From the NCBI RefSeq assembly GCF_002113885.1, contig NW_018408877.1, forward strand, positions 124,001-188,000: a DNA stretch of 64,000 nt. The letters run 5' to 3'. The position numbers and the translations under genes were made by a program. Every line of letters begins with the position of its first letter. Positions within the stretch are counted from its first letter, which is position 1. The notes under the pieces are model-generated. The model did not search any database and was not told the DNA's origin. It saw nothing but the letters and a program-made list of their open reading frames with translations. This stretch comes from Mizuhopecten yessoensis. Taxonomy: Eukaryota. Below are positions 25,886-39,778 of the stretch, in pieces.

Positions 25886-28800
25886 AAATGATTGCGTTTG
25901 TCTAAAATAATCAAACTTGCTATCAAATTACCAAACCTGTCTATAAGTGATAACAGTCCTTAGTTTTACAAGAAGAGGTTAAGTAAAAACTATTTGTAGA
26001 CAAGTTACCAATGCTTGTCAGGGTAGGCAGATGATCAATTCAAAACAAATATAACAAAACAAAAGAGGAATAAAAGATGATTTTGATATACCTTCATCTT
26101 TCTCTAATGATATTATGTGTAATTATATAGATAAGAACTATGCATTCTAGGACTGGAAAACATTTTATCTGCAGAAAAATGAATTAGATCTGGAATTGTA
26201 CCTATATTAAAACTGCTGTAACCTAAAGGAATTAAACTGCAGCAAAGAAATTAAGTTTACTCAAATACCTCGCAGGAGCGACAATGGAATTCTATTTTAG
26301 CAGTTGTTTTATATATATATGTTTCTAATTCCAGCTTTCCTCTGTTTAGCTTCTGATAAATGCTTCTAAACCAAGCTGAGGGTAAGTCGTCACAAAAGAT
26401 CGTTATTCTTACTGGAGGTAGTTACCTTAATACACATACCTTATCAGCGTGTTTACATTCATGATTTTGACTTGCTGACGTAGGCTGGCAGGCATTATAG
26501 TGTACCTCTTACGTCACAACAACGCACACAATGGTGGATAGACGTTGGCCCTCTTTTGATTCCTAGTAACTGTCAACACCCAAGACACGAAGCAGGGGCT
26601 AAAGGCAGAGGCTTGTGGCCTCTGCTTTGTAAATTTATACCTTGGTTAAAGAGCAAGGGACAAAATCAGCCCCTCCAAGTGCTTATGCCCGATTAAATCT
26701 AATACAACACTGGAGTTTGGCTGAAAAGAAAAGCCTCTCCATATGTGTTATTATCGTTGAAAGGTCAGCACACTTGACAAATATTGAAATTTACATTTTC
26801 AATATTTGCAAATAACTTCATTTAATACAATGAACAGCTATATAATTTACTATTCCATCCCTCCATTACAGCAACATTGATTTCATGGCTATCTAAAATC
26901 ATTAAACACATCGACAAAAATGATGTGTAACTAGGGCTCTGTACACATGTATGTTGTCGGTTATCTGGGGCTGTTGACCTCTGATTCACCTCCTCAAGTA
27001 AAGCTCCTCCAGTAAAGCGTGGGCGTGGATACCACACAACAATATCCTATATGATAAACGGCCCTGTGTATTGCTCTAGTCTGTATTTCCATTTTGACCT
27101 CCGTTTACCAGTGGGTGTATTAAACCCTGGTAAACAGAGGTGTCTCATACCCAATAATAAAACATAGTACATGTACCCTGTGCGTATAAGAGACAATTCT
27201 CATCTTACAATCAGTAATCACTATTAAACCAATTTCATTTTCACAAAATTTTCAATAATTGTCAATCATTAATTATCGTAGTAATGTTATGGGAGATGGG
27301 AGGAAGGATCTAAATACATGTCAGGTTAATTATAGCTAATGATATTTTCCTAGATGAGAACACATAGGAAAAGCTTGGCTGAGCCCTTAGATCCCTAACC
27401 TGTCTTCTCCTCGAATTCTTTCTGTTTTTGACTGTCCCTATAATTATGAAGAAATCCTGTCCCAAGCCCTTCTCTAGCTACCTTCCCTCTTTCCTACAAA
27501 TAACACACCCAAATAGGCAAAAAGGTATTATGACAGTCGTGCATTTTGTTTTAGTGAATATTTATCTACATGAATATGAATGACATTAATAGCATTCAGA
27601 ATACATAAATATTTCAGTAGGAGGTTTTGTAGAACACTAAAACAGGTAGTGTTTGTGTAGATAAATGTATTCTATCATCTACCTATGGCACTATATTACA
27701 ACACAGGGTGTTTCCCTGGGTATTTTGGAAATTGACAGTAAAAACTTACCGTTTAAAACTAAATCTGCTTTATCACCATCTGAATGTTTTAATACAGGAT
27801 TTTTCTGAAGGACTTCCTGTTATATTTAAAGGACCTACATGGCAACTAAATAATGAAAATGTGAAATAGAGAAGAAAACCTAACAAACAAACAAAAATAG
27901 TTTTTAGATTTTAGACTTGATGATTTTTTTAAATAGTTAAAAATGCATCAAATCTTTCTGGAATGAGGCTGAAATGTGTGGCCTAAAGTTAACACGGAGA
28001 CATTTAATACATAGATATCTGTAGCACGAGTTTGACGATCAAGGATTTTATCTTAGTTATAACTGACTTCTATGTATAGCCGTGTTATCTGTACAAGCCT
28101 ATAAGTATGCCCTTGTGGTTAGCTAGTAAACCGCAAACCAATGAATACAACATGACAAGCTACTCCTAAAGAGGTCATATGGTACAATGAAAACCACAAA
28201 CACCTATACCATACACTTTTGTGTTTAAACGACACATTAGAGCTGCCATTAAAAAAAATTCCTCCAAAAATATTGTTCTAAAGATTTTTATGACCATACT
28301 TCCTGTAGAGTATAGCTAAACATATGCATTTCCATTGTGGGGCATCTATATATATACCAGACTGCAATTCAAAAGGATATGGAATCACACACAGTGAACT
28401 ATTAAAAAGATTTTTTTGCAATCAGAAACTGTCTGGACAGGATCTTTCTATCATATTGAAAGGAGTAATCGGGGACCAATGATATCCTGACATCAAATTT
28501 AATTTTCGAATGAAATTCCCAAATTGTTTCAAATTGATGTTTGTCACCTGTAGAAATGGTAACTACAGTAAACAGGTTCTCGGAATTACTTTGTTCCCAA
28601 AGAAGCTGTTCCACCATTTGGTAACACAGTTTGTTTAAAATGTATCATCACCCAATAGAAAGTTACTCAGAAAGTTAAAATCCATTTTCATTAATCATTG
28701 TTGCTTTGAAAAGTTAATTTTCTTATGTTGTGTTTTCATTTAATTTGTTCATTTAATTTCTACTCTGATATTGCAACTTATTCAACTGGCTGCAAAAAAT

Positions 28801-31800
28801 AATAATTATCTGCCTCCAGAATTGAATCTCTGTATTCGTTGTAGCACACCAACAATGAAACATCACCTGATAACTACCGTATACAGTTACCTAAATGTAA
28901 GCTATGTGCTGCAAGTTCTTTCCTTAGGCTTTATTTAACCTTTTCTTCATGCAAGGTTAAATCATACATTTTATTTTTTATTTCAACTGTCTGTGACTTT
29001 GGTCAAAGGATCCTTAAATTTCTTGAGTAAATTTTTAATGTAGCTGTCGAGAAAAAATTCACACTTTAAAATTTGTACAAAAAACAATCTAGTGTGAATT
29101 AAGCAAGATCCAGTGAAAAAAGGGCGTTATAAAAATGTTCAGCTGCATATCAAAATTGTCAGGCATACTGTTAAGATTGTTTTAAATACATTTGATGTAT
29201 TAATCACAAGGCCACCATTATCACAGTTAGTGTATAGAATGTCCTAATACATGAGTAAGTGCATATGATACCTAAAACAATATACATGTACATGTAGGTT
29301 GGGTTTGAGTTAAGTACACATGCTACCTTATATTTGTGTTAAAATGATCTCCCTTTTCAAAAACTTTTGTTAGATTCAATCCTACAAGTGACAACTCAGA
29401 TTCACCCGAATGTTTTAATTGCATACACATTTGTTAGCCTTTCAAAAGTGTCATTCATTATTGTCAAAGGCATGTCAAAATTTCTATTCTGAAAAAGCAT
29501 ATATTACAGTTTTTCTTGGAGTGTTGGAACTCTTATCTAAAAGGGGATGCAATAATATAGCAGAAATCTATAAAGGACGTTAAAAGGGGAGATAATTCCA
29601 CTTGTTAACTTCTGCAATGCTAAAAGAACAGGTGATTCCAAGACAATAATAGTACCGTACTGGATGAACCTAATTTAATGTACCAGTATATCCACTGTGA
29701 CTTGGTCTGATAATAAGTCTACACAAATATCACACCAGTTTGGAGAACATCAAGCGTGCACTTGTTGCCCTCAAGCAGTGTGGGGGAGAGTTCCCCTCCA
29801 TACTTGTCACTGGTATTAGCTTAGTCAAACTGGTGCTATTTATAGAACTAATTTCTCTTGAGAGGAAGCGAACTTACCAATTAAACTCTTTCGTCTGTCC
29901 CAGAGGTCAGAACATTCCCATATAAGGTTGAAGCTTGACATTTAATTTTACCCCAGGTTTTTTGGGGGGTGCCATTTCCATGAATTCTGAGTTTAGTACA
30001 TTTTATGTTAGACTGTATTAGATTCTAACATTCAGTTTTTATTATCTGTGACCTACCTTTTTCTTTATTTCTAACAATTTATTAGTCTCCCTGCTACAAA
30101 TATCATTAAGATTTGACATTTGAGTAAAGAATTATGGAAGAAAGAAGTAGTAAATTTTGTGTTACTTACCAACAGCTACAATTACATATCTGCTGTTGCA
30201 ATGTGTGACATTTATCTCCGCCACTTTGTCTTAATCTGTGGCAAATGCCGAAGGTCACACAAGGTATGTGGTAGCAGCAGTGAGGCTCTAGTGAGCTCTT
30301 CTACACTGATTTCAATCCAAAAGAAAATTAAAACTCAAAGTCTCAATGAAATCATTTTTAAGATATTACTGACATTTTATTTGAATGCCCCCAACCTTGT
30401 TTTCTCCATATACAGAATCCTGAATCCAATCGTGATTTGAGATGAAAGGCTGACTTTTTCAATCTGAGGATGCCAGTCTATCACCACTTTTTAACTTTGA
30501 AAAATACAGTGTGGAACTGAACAGCTATTTTAAATTTTCCCCAAACTAGATTTAGAATATATTGATTTATGTGAAATTTGAATTAATCAAAAAAAAAAAA
30601 AAAAAATCCTAATTAAATTTTTATACACCTACTGAAGTTTATTTTTATAACAAATTCAGTACCTTATTGTCTAAGAAAGACAACCAGTAAGTTACAAGTT
30701 ACTCATAAAAATATAAGATAATGAGAAAGTTAATCACTGAATAAGAAATTTTCTAAAATTCTAAAGATTTTTAAGTACACATTTTTTTTATTTTTTTTTA
30801 AATTGGCAGTAACCTTTCACTATACAATAGGTGGCATAATGAAGCAAATACATGCCATTATAAGGCAGCCAATTCGAAGTCAGTGTTGGTCACTAGAATT
30901 TACTTCAGAGGTGATATCAATAAAAATTGTAGGTTAAAACCTTGATTCACAAGATTAAGCCAAAAACAAATTCCAACATATGTTATACTTTGGCTTCTAA
31001 TATATATATTATACTATGTCAGGAAAGAATTATAGCACCTTCTAACAGCTTATTAAGGCCTTGTCCACAGACAAATTGTTAAGCACACACATACACACAC
31101 ACACACACACATACATGGCATTATTTTACATTTTATCACTACCATATATATCATCACAGATTTATTCATGTTGTGCTGAAGTATTTAATTATAACATTTC
31201 TTCACACAATGATACCAAATCCTATTTTTTCGAAATGTAGTGCAATACATTTTTGATTACATAACTGGAACAAATGGCTGAATGACGGCACCTGATTAAC
31301 CTGATTCACGGCATGTATCAGCCTATTAATGACACATGATCAGGTTTCAGTGGAATATGGCCTCTGATCTCGACTTTAGTTTGTATCCTCTTACGCAATT
31401 ATAATCCAACAGGCACTGTTAGGGAACCAAATTCTGTGTTCATCACTTTATGTTTACGTGTCTGTTACATGTGTAAAATGTACTATAATCTTAGGCCAAA
31501 AGAAATATCTCCTTTAATAATTATGGGGTCCAAGTCGAGATATCTCCTGCTATAATCTATGGGCCATGATTGTGGAGTGGTTAAGGTATCACATTTGCTA
31601 TATTTGTATACAAACACAACTTTACCAGTAACTTTTATATGTTGGAGGTCTATATATGCAGCAGAAGTACTAGCACACAAAATATCCACTTGATACAGTT
31701 ACCCAAGGGAAATGTTTTGTGAAGAAAAAAGGAGGGGTTATGTTATTTTTTTCTATTCGTAGTCATGATCAGGAAAGATTTTCAACTTCTGCCAATGAGG

Positions 31801-32411
31801 CATTGTTTCATTTAGTAGACATATCTGACTTATCAGATATATAGCATTGTTTCATTTAGTAGACATATCTGACTTATCAGATGTATAGCATTGTTTTGAC
31901 AGTATAACAGCATCGTTTTCTTTGAGAATATCTAGTTATCGTGTTGGTGTGTCCCAGTAGGTTTTTTTCAGTGTTTGATCACGTAGAGATTAGTTCAGTC
32001 CAAAATCCAAACATAATTAAGAATGAGTGGTTGATTCATTACATAGCTGTTAGTGTTGAAAGGGGATACCAGAGGTTTAGTTATATTTAATATGCATATC
32101 TTGCCTGAAAGATCTACTGAGATTGGCCCAGCATTAGAATGCTGGCTCTCCCCCAGGTGGCTGTGTCCTGAAGTGGTCACACATCAGAATCAATCAATAG
32201 TATGGGTATTAAATGTGATTATCATTACGGCTTGACCACACTTCCCACTCAACAGTGACTATGGGTTTATGATAGAATTTACAGTCCATTGGAACCACAG
32301 TGTGAGCTGAAGGCCAGTACTCATACCAATGGCCAGCAGCCCTGGAGAATTGGTCCTGTGTAGGATACACAAAGCAGCAGCGAGATCATTGGGAATATAA
32401 ATAAAACAGAT

Positions 32412-33782
32412 GGATTCAATAGCTAGGGCAGTGGGCAGGGACTATAGATTCAACAGTATAATGAGTGAGCTGGTACTACACATTCAACAGCTGAGATAGT
32501 GGGCAGGGACTATAGATTCAATAGTTGGGAGAGTGGGCAGGGACTATAGATTCAACAGTATAGAGAGTGGGCAGGGACTACACATTCAACAGTTGGGAGA
32601 GTGGGCAGGTACTATAGATTCAACAGTATAATGAGTGAGCTGGTACTACACATTCAACAGCTGAGAGAGTGGGCAGGGACTATAGATTCAATAGTTGGGA
32701 ACGTGGGCAGGGACTATAGATTCAACAGTATAGAGAGTGGGCAGGTACTACACATTCAACAGTTGGGAGAGTGGGCAGGGACTATAGATTCAACAGTATA
32801 GAGAATGGGCAGGTACTACACATTCAACATTTGGGAGAGTGGGCAGGTACTATAGATTCAACAGTAGAGAGAGTGGTCAGGTACTACACATTCAACAGTT
32901 GGGAGAGTGGGCAGGTTCTATAGATTCAACAGTATAGAGAGTGGGCAGCTACTACACATTCAACAGTTGGGAGAGTGGGCAGGTTCTATAGATTCAACAG
33001 TATAGAGAGTGGGCAGGTACTACAGATACAACAGTTGGGAGAGTGGGCAGGTACTATAGATTCAACAGTTGAGAGAATGGGCAGGGACTATAGATTCAAC
33101 AGCATAGAGAGTGGGCAGGTACTATAGATTCAACAGTTGAGAGAATGGGCAGGGACTATAGATTCAACAGCATAGAGAGTGGGCAGGGACTATAGATTCA
33201 ACAGTTGGGAGAGTGGGCAGGGACTATAGATTCAACAGTTGGGAGAATGGGCAGGTACTATAGATTCAACAGTATAATGAGTGAGCTGGTACTACACATT
33301 CAACAGCTGAGAGAGTGGGCAGGTACGAGGGATTCAACAGTTGAGAGAATGGGCGGGGACTATAGATTCAACAGTTGAGAGAGTGGGCAGGTACTAGGGA
33401 TTTAACAGTTGGGAGAATGGGCAGGAACTAGAGAATTAACAGTTGGGAGAATGGGCAGGTACTATAGATTTTACAGTTGAGAGAATGGGCAGGTACTAGG
33501 GATTTAACCGTTGGGAGAATGGGCAGGTACTATAGATTCAACAGTTGAGAGAATGGGCAGGGACTATAGATTCAACAGTTGAGAGAATGGGCAGGGACTA
33601 TAGATTTAACAGTTGAGAGAATGGGCAGGTACTAGAGATTTAACAGTTGAGAGAATGGGCAGGTACTAGAGATTCAACAGCTGAGAGAGTGGGCAGGTAC
33701 GAGGGATTCAACAGTTGAGAGAATGGGCAGGTAATTGTACTATAGATTCAACAGTTGAGAGAATGGGCAGGGACTATAGATT
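32412..33782. repeat. Minisatellite, ~34-bp unit
   Basis: Unit gagagtgggcagggactatagattcaacagttgg and variants. Confidence 0.95.
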
Positions 33783-34281
33783 TGAAAACTCAATCTCTTG
33801 GAAAATGGGCAGGGACGGTAAATTAAATAGCTTGGGGAGAGCATGAATAGAGTCAAGAAAATGGGCAGGATTTTTTAGCTCGTAAACTCCAATCTAAAAT
33901 TCAGCTGGACAGGATCATTTAGGGTGCATTTGAGATGGCAGTGGATGGTTTACCCTGATTAGGTCTATCATGTTCATAATCTTCATTATATCATACTAAG
34001 AAGTGGATTAACCTACTGAAAATGAAATGTCATTGTAAATGCTGAAAAACTTTGGGATTTCTAAGCAAAATGCCACAGTGAAGAGGATTATAGTCAACAG
34101 TAATCAACAGGCGACCTTTAAAAGAAGGCTGATGTAAAGGTCACTACTGCTAATAACGATTTCCCAATCTGTGTAACATGTGAGACACTCCAGTTATTAT
34201 GAAATGCAAATAAATACTCTGAACATTCTTAGTTTCCTGGTCCCTTATCATGTTGTTACCTCAGACCTTAGCAGCCACTAT

Positions 34282-35993
34282 AGGTAGAAGTGCATTGTCC
34301 AACTCGGTACATGTAGTAGTGTATTGTCCAAAGGTACATGCAGGAGTGTATTATCCAAAGGTACATGTAGGAGTGTATTGTCCAAAGGTACATGTAGGAA
34401 TGTATTGTCCAGTACAGTACATATAGGAGTGTATTGTCCAAAGGTACATGTAGGAGTGTATTGTCCAAAGGTACATGTAGTAGTGCATTGTCCAAAGGTA
34501 CATGTAGGAGTGTATTGTCCAAAGGTACATGCAGGAGTATATTGTCCAAAGGTACATGTAGGAGTGTATTGTCCAGTACAGTACATGTAGGAGTATATCG
34601 TCCAGTACAGTACATGTATGAGTGTATTGTCCAACTAGGTACATGTAGGAGTGTATTGTCCAGTACAGTGCATGTAGGAGTATATTGTTCAAAGGTACAT
34701 GTAGGAGTGTATTGTCCAGTACAGTACATGTAGGAGTATATTGTCCAGTACAGTACATGTAGGAGTGTATTGTCCAACTAGGTACATGTAGGAGTGTATT
34801 GTCCAGTACAGTGCATGTAGGAGTATATTGTCCAAAGGTACATGTAGGAGTATATTGTCCAAAGGTACATGTAGGAGGGTATTGTCCAGTACAGTACATG
34901 TAGGAGTGTATTTTCCAGTCCAGTACATGTAGGAGTGTATTGTCCAGTACAGTGCCTGTAGGAGTATATTGTCCAAAGGTACATGTAGGAGAGTATTGTC
35001 CAGTACAGTGCATGTAGGAGTATATTGTTCAAAGGTACATGTAGGAGTGTGTTGTCCAGTACAGTACATGTAGGAGTATATTGTACAGTACAGTACATGT
35101 AGGAGTATATTGTCCAAAGGAACATGTAGGAGTGTATTGTCCAGTACAGTACATGTAGGAGTGTATTTTCCAGTTCAGTACATGTAGGAGTGTATTGTCC
35201 AGTACAGTACATGTAGGAGTGTATTGTCCAGTACAGTGCATGTAGGAGTATATTGATCAAAGGTACATGTAGGAGTGAATTGTCCAGTACAGTACATGGA
35301 GAAGTAGATTGTCCAAAGGTACATGCAGGAGTATATTGTCCAAAGGTAAATGTATGAGTGTATTGTCCAGTACAGTGCATGTAGGAGTATATTGATCAAA
35401 GGTACATGTAGGAGTGAATTGTCCAGTACAGTACATGCAGGAGTATATTGTACAGTACAGTACATGTAGGAGTGTCTTGTCCAGTACAGTACATGCAGGA
35501 GTATATTGTCCAGCACAGTACATGTAGAAGTATATTGTCCAAAGGAACATGTAGGAGTGTATTGTCCAAAGGGACATGTAGGAGGGTATTGTCCAGTACA
35601 GTACATGTAAGAGTGTATTGTCCAAAGGTACATGCAGGAGTATGTTGTCGAGTACAGTACATGTAGGAGGATATCGTCCAGTACAGTACATGTAGGCGTG
35701 TATTGTCCAGTACAGTACATTTAGGAGTGTATTGTCCAGTCCAGTACAGTACATGTAGAGGTATATTGTCCAAAGGTACATGCAGGAGTATATTGTCCAG
35801 CACAGTACATGTAGAAGTATGTTGTCCAAAGGTACATGTAGGAATGTATTGTCCAGTACAGTACCTGTAGGAGTGTATTGTCCAAAGGTACATGCAGGAG
35901 TATATTGTCCAGTACAGTACATGTAGAAGTATATTGTCCAAAGGTACATGTAGGAGTGTATTGTCCAGTACAGTACATGTAGGAGTATATTGT
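34282..35993. repeat. Minisatellite with interspersed 27-bp and 29-bp unit variants
   Basis: gtacatgtaggagtgtattgtcc followed by aaag or agtaca. Confidence 0.96.
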
Positions 35994-37155
35994 TTTCAAG
36001 TAGGAATGCATTGTATCGGGTATTTATTCTACACAAAGACCTAGCTGTACACATTTTTTAGGGGTTTTCACAGAAAGCATTGAAACAAGACAAATTTACA
36101 TATAGCACAGTTATGACAATGATATACGAGCAGAAGATTTTAATGGCTTATTTTACAGGTACATCAGATTATAATTGGATTTTTATTGGTAGTTAGTTCT
36201 TATTTATAACTGAAGTGTGTATTTAATGTATATATTTACTAGACAGCTAATCTTTCCAGAAACCGACTAGTCTGTATTAAAGATGCTCTCGTATATGAAC
36301 AACAGGTATTCATTACAACAGTAACTGAGCCGATTATTTGTTTCCATGGATACTAAACTAAGATTGTTTCAATTCAATTTTGTCTCAAATGAGAAACGCA
36401 ACCATCTGCTTTATTTTCTTACATGCCAACAACCCCGACAATTCAATTCCCTTCTCTCCTTTTCTACATATATAGTATTGTATGGTTAAGTTTACGTTGA
36501 TGTAGAATGCCATCAAGTCTCTATAGTGCCTGATTACAAAACTGCAGGCATCTCTTTGGGGAATACACATAACTGTCATTAAGGTAAATATTGTGGTTAC
36601 CAGAAATTATGTCGCCAATACAAACATGACTCCAAGCCCCAACAAAGGCAACCAAGGTAGTCCGTGTTGATCAATACTATAAAACCCCTACAGATTTCTC
36701 TGCTTGTACACACTATTCTCCTAACCGCAACATATTACACTGCTTGTACACACAAAGAACTACTCTGCTCCTGAAACAAATACACAAAAGGCCATTATAC
36801 AGCTTCTACAAATACTATATTTACCTTTGCCAGGCGTCTTATTTTTACCTGCCAGGGTTATGGGCATTTGCCCATATTTGGTTAAGAATGGAAATTGATT
36901 GGCAGAATATAGGCTACAAATTGATTGAGTGATCTTGAGAGTGTGTGCATGACTCATTGATAATTGTCATGCCTAATATGGTTCTGTGTATCAGGTGTTC
37001 AACTCATTATCCATTACTAGTTCATTCAGTGACACGTGTCAACCATTGTAAGTTCTCAAGTGACCTATAACCGTTCCTTGTGCTTACAAAGACTTATATC
37101 ACCAATTATTTATCTTAACAGTGACCTATAGATCACCCATTCTTACAGTCCTAAT

Positions 37156-37490
37156 AGCAACCTATATCACCCATTCTTTGTCCTCACAGCAACCTATATC
37201 ACCCCACCTTTGTCCTCACAGCAACCTATATCACCCCACCTTTGTCCTCACAGCAACCTATATTACCCTACATTTGTTTTCACAGCAACCTATATCACCC
37301 CACCTTTGTCCTGATTACAGCAACCTATATCACCCATTCTTTGTCCTGATCACAGCAACCTATATCACCCCACCTTTGTCCTCACAGCAACCTATATCAC
37401 CCCACCTTTGTCCTGATCACAGCAACCTATATCACCCCACCTTTGTCCTGATCACAGCAACCTATATCACCCCACCTTTGTCCTCACAGC
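37156..37490. repeat. Minisatellite, 32/35-bp unit
   Basis: Unit cacagcaacctatatcaccccacctttgtcct(gat). Confidence 0.93.
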
Positions 37491-38171
37491 ATTACACTAC
37501 AATGAGCTTTTCCATCCATTGTAAGACCAACAACGACCTATATCCTTCTTTTTAGTCCTTCAGTGAAGTGATATTACCTACTTAACCTGTCAATACCAAC
37601 CTAAACGCAACCCAGTGACTCAATAATTACATTTGAGTAAAATTTCCGGTAGTTTATAGCAGATAAATTTGACTAGATACATATTGATAAAGCTATTATT
37701 CCTATTTCCAGTATCCATATTGACTGTTGGCATTTAAGTACATACCCAGTTATTATTTTTGCCAATTCTGAACAAGCACTATATTGAAAAAGATTACCAT
37801 GGTATTGATTATCCTTGAAACTAATTATGGGATCAACATTTTGCCTATCTCCCAGGCTTAAACATAAATATGTTTCAGCACCACTTTAAATCCATAGCTT
37901 AAGGGTAGAAATCATTTACCAAAATCTCCATGTATAAAGTGTTTTTAGTGTTATTGAGTGCAAAGGAAGAACATCAACCACAGAACAAATTGTCCCCAAG
38001 AGAGCCTGTATCACCATCAGTGGGGGAGTTTACCTTGACATTAAACCAGTACAGGCTTATACACTAATATAACTGTTCATAACAAAGCTACTCCTTCAAT
38101 TCAAAATATATACCAATCTGACTGGGTAGACTTATCTGACAGCTGCATCCTGGGACATTCATCCTTTCCCT

Positions 38172-38526
38172 CACAACTCCCTGACCCTGATTCTGACTAT
38201 CCACAACTCCAATCTCTGACCCCGATTCTGACTATCCACAACTCCACTCTCTGACCCTGATTCTGACTATCCACAACTCCACTCTCTGACCCTGATTCTG
38301 ACTATCCACAACTCCAATCTCTGACCCCGATTCTGACTATCCACAACTCCACTCTCTGACCCTGATTCTGACTATCCACAACTCCACTCTCTGACCCTGA
38401 TTCTGACTATCCACAACTCCAATCTCTGACCCCGATTCTGACTATCCACAACTCCACTCTCTGACCCTGATTCTGACTATCCACAACTCCACTCTCTGAC
38501 CCTGATTCTGACTATCCACAACTCCA
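38172..38526. repeat. Minisatellite, 35-bp unit, running into a gap
   Basis: Unit ctgaccctgattctgactatccacaactccactct, highly homogeneous. Confidence 0.95.
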
Positions 38527-39064
38527 NNNNNNNNNNNNNNNNNNNNNNNNNNNNNNNNNNNNNNNNNNNNNNNNNNNNNNNNNNNNNNNNNNNNNNNNNN
38601 NNNNNNNNNNNNNNNNNNNNNNNNNNNNNNNNNNNNNNNNNNNNNNNNNNNNNNNNNNNNNNNNNNNNNNNNNNNNNNNNNNNNNNNNNNNNNNNNNNNN
38701 NNNNNNNNNNNNNNNNNNNNNNNNNNNNNNNNNNNNNNNNNNNNNNNNNNNNNNNNNNNNNNNNNNNNNNNNNNNNNNNNNNNNNNNNNNNNNNNNNNNN
38801 NNNNNNNNNNNNNNNNNNNNNNNNNNNNNNNNNNNNNNNNNNNNNNNNNNNNNNNNNNNNNNNNNNNNNNNNNNNNNNNNNNNNNNNNNNNNNNNNNNNN
38901 NNNNNNNNNNNNNNNNNNNNNNNNNNNNNNNNNNNNNNNNNNNNNNNNNNNNNNNNNNNNNNNNNNNNNNNNNNNNNNNNNNNNNNNNNNNNNNNNNNNN
39001 NNNNNNNNNNNNNNNNNNNNNNNNNNNNNNNNNNNNNNNNNNNNNNNNNNNNNNNNNNNNNNNN
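38527..39064. other. Assembly gap (N run)
   Basis: 538 consecutive N. Confidence 0.99.
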
Positions 39065-39550
39065 CCCCCCCCCCCCCCCCCCCATCGTGTCAACCCCTAC
39101 CCTAACATATATCTCTTCTCCCTTACCCATCCTCTGTAGTATACACTCCTCCCCACTACCCAACCGTCCTAACTCTACTCCCGAATATCTCTCCTAAATT
39201 CCAGCCACATTTTTGTTAGTTTTTAACACACTATTTGTTAAAGTCAAAATATCAGTTCCATATAGTCTATAAAATGCATTAATGTTCTGCTCTAGATCAT
39301 ATCAGTAAGTACAGGGATAGGAATGTCCATCTCCAGGTCGGGGTGTTATAACTTGACAATTTCTGCTCTTTGTACAATGCAGGAAAGGTCAAAACGTTTC
39401 TGCCCTATAACCATACACCATAATGACCTTATATCATAATTATCTATCTCAGAATGCAGGAAACGCCCAACAGTGAATAAACAGTCAAGCTTCATTAACC
39501 CAAGTCAACTGTATCTCATAATTTTCCACCTCAGCACATAACAAAACGAC

Positions 39551-39778
39551 ACATTATTTACCATGACTTGAAGTTTCTTAGCACATGTACAACATAAAGA
39601 ATGTGTCTAATATAAGAAGAAATTATTTACGAGTCTAAAGTTAAGATAAACTTTTTTGTAAACATTATTTACTATGACTTGAAGTTTCTTAGCACATGTA
39701 CAACATAAAGAATGTGTCTAATATAAGAAGAAATTATTTAAGTGTCTAAAGTTACCGTAAGATAAACTTTTTTGTAAA
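39551..39778. repeat. ~111-bp direct tandem duplication
   Basis: acattatttac(c/t)atgacttgaagtttcttagc...gataaacttttttgtaaa present twice. Confidence 0.9.

Noticed and set aside
34268-36054. Numerous overlapping Cys/Thr/Tyr-rich ORFs
   Set aside because: Products of the 27/29-bp minisatellite, with frame switching between units.
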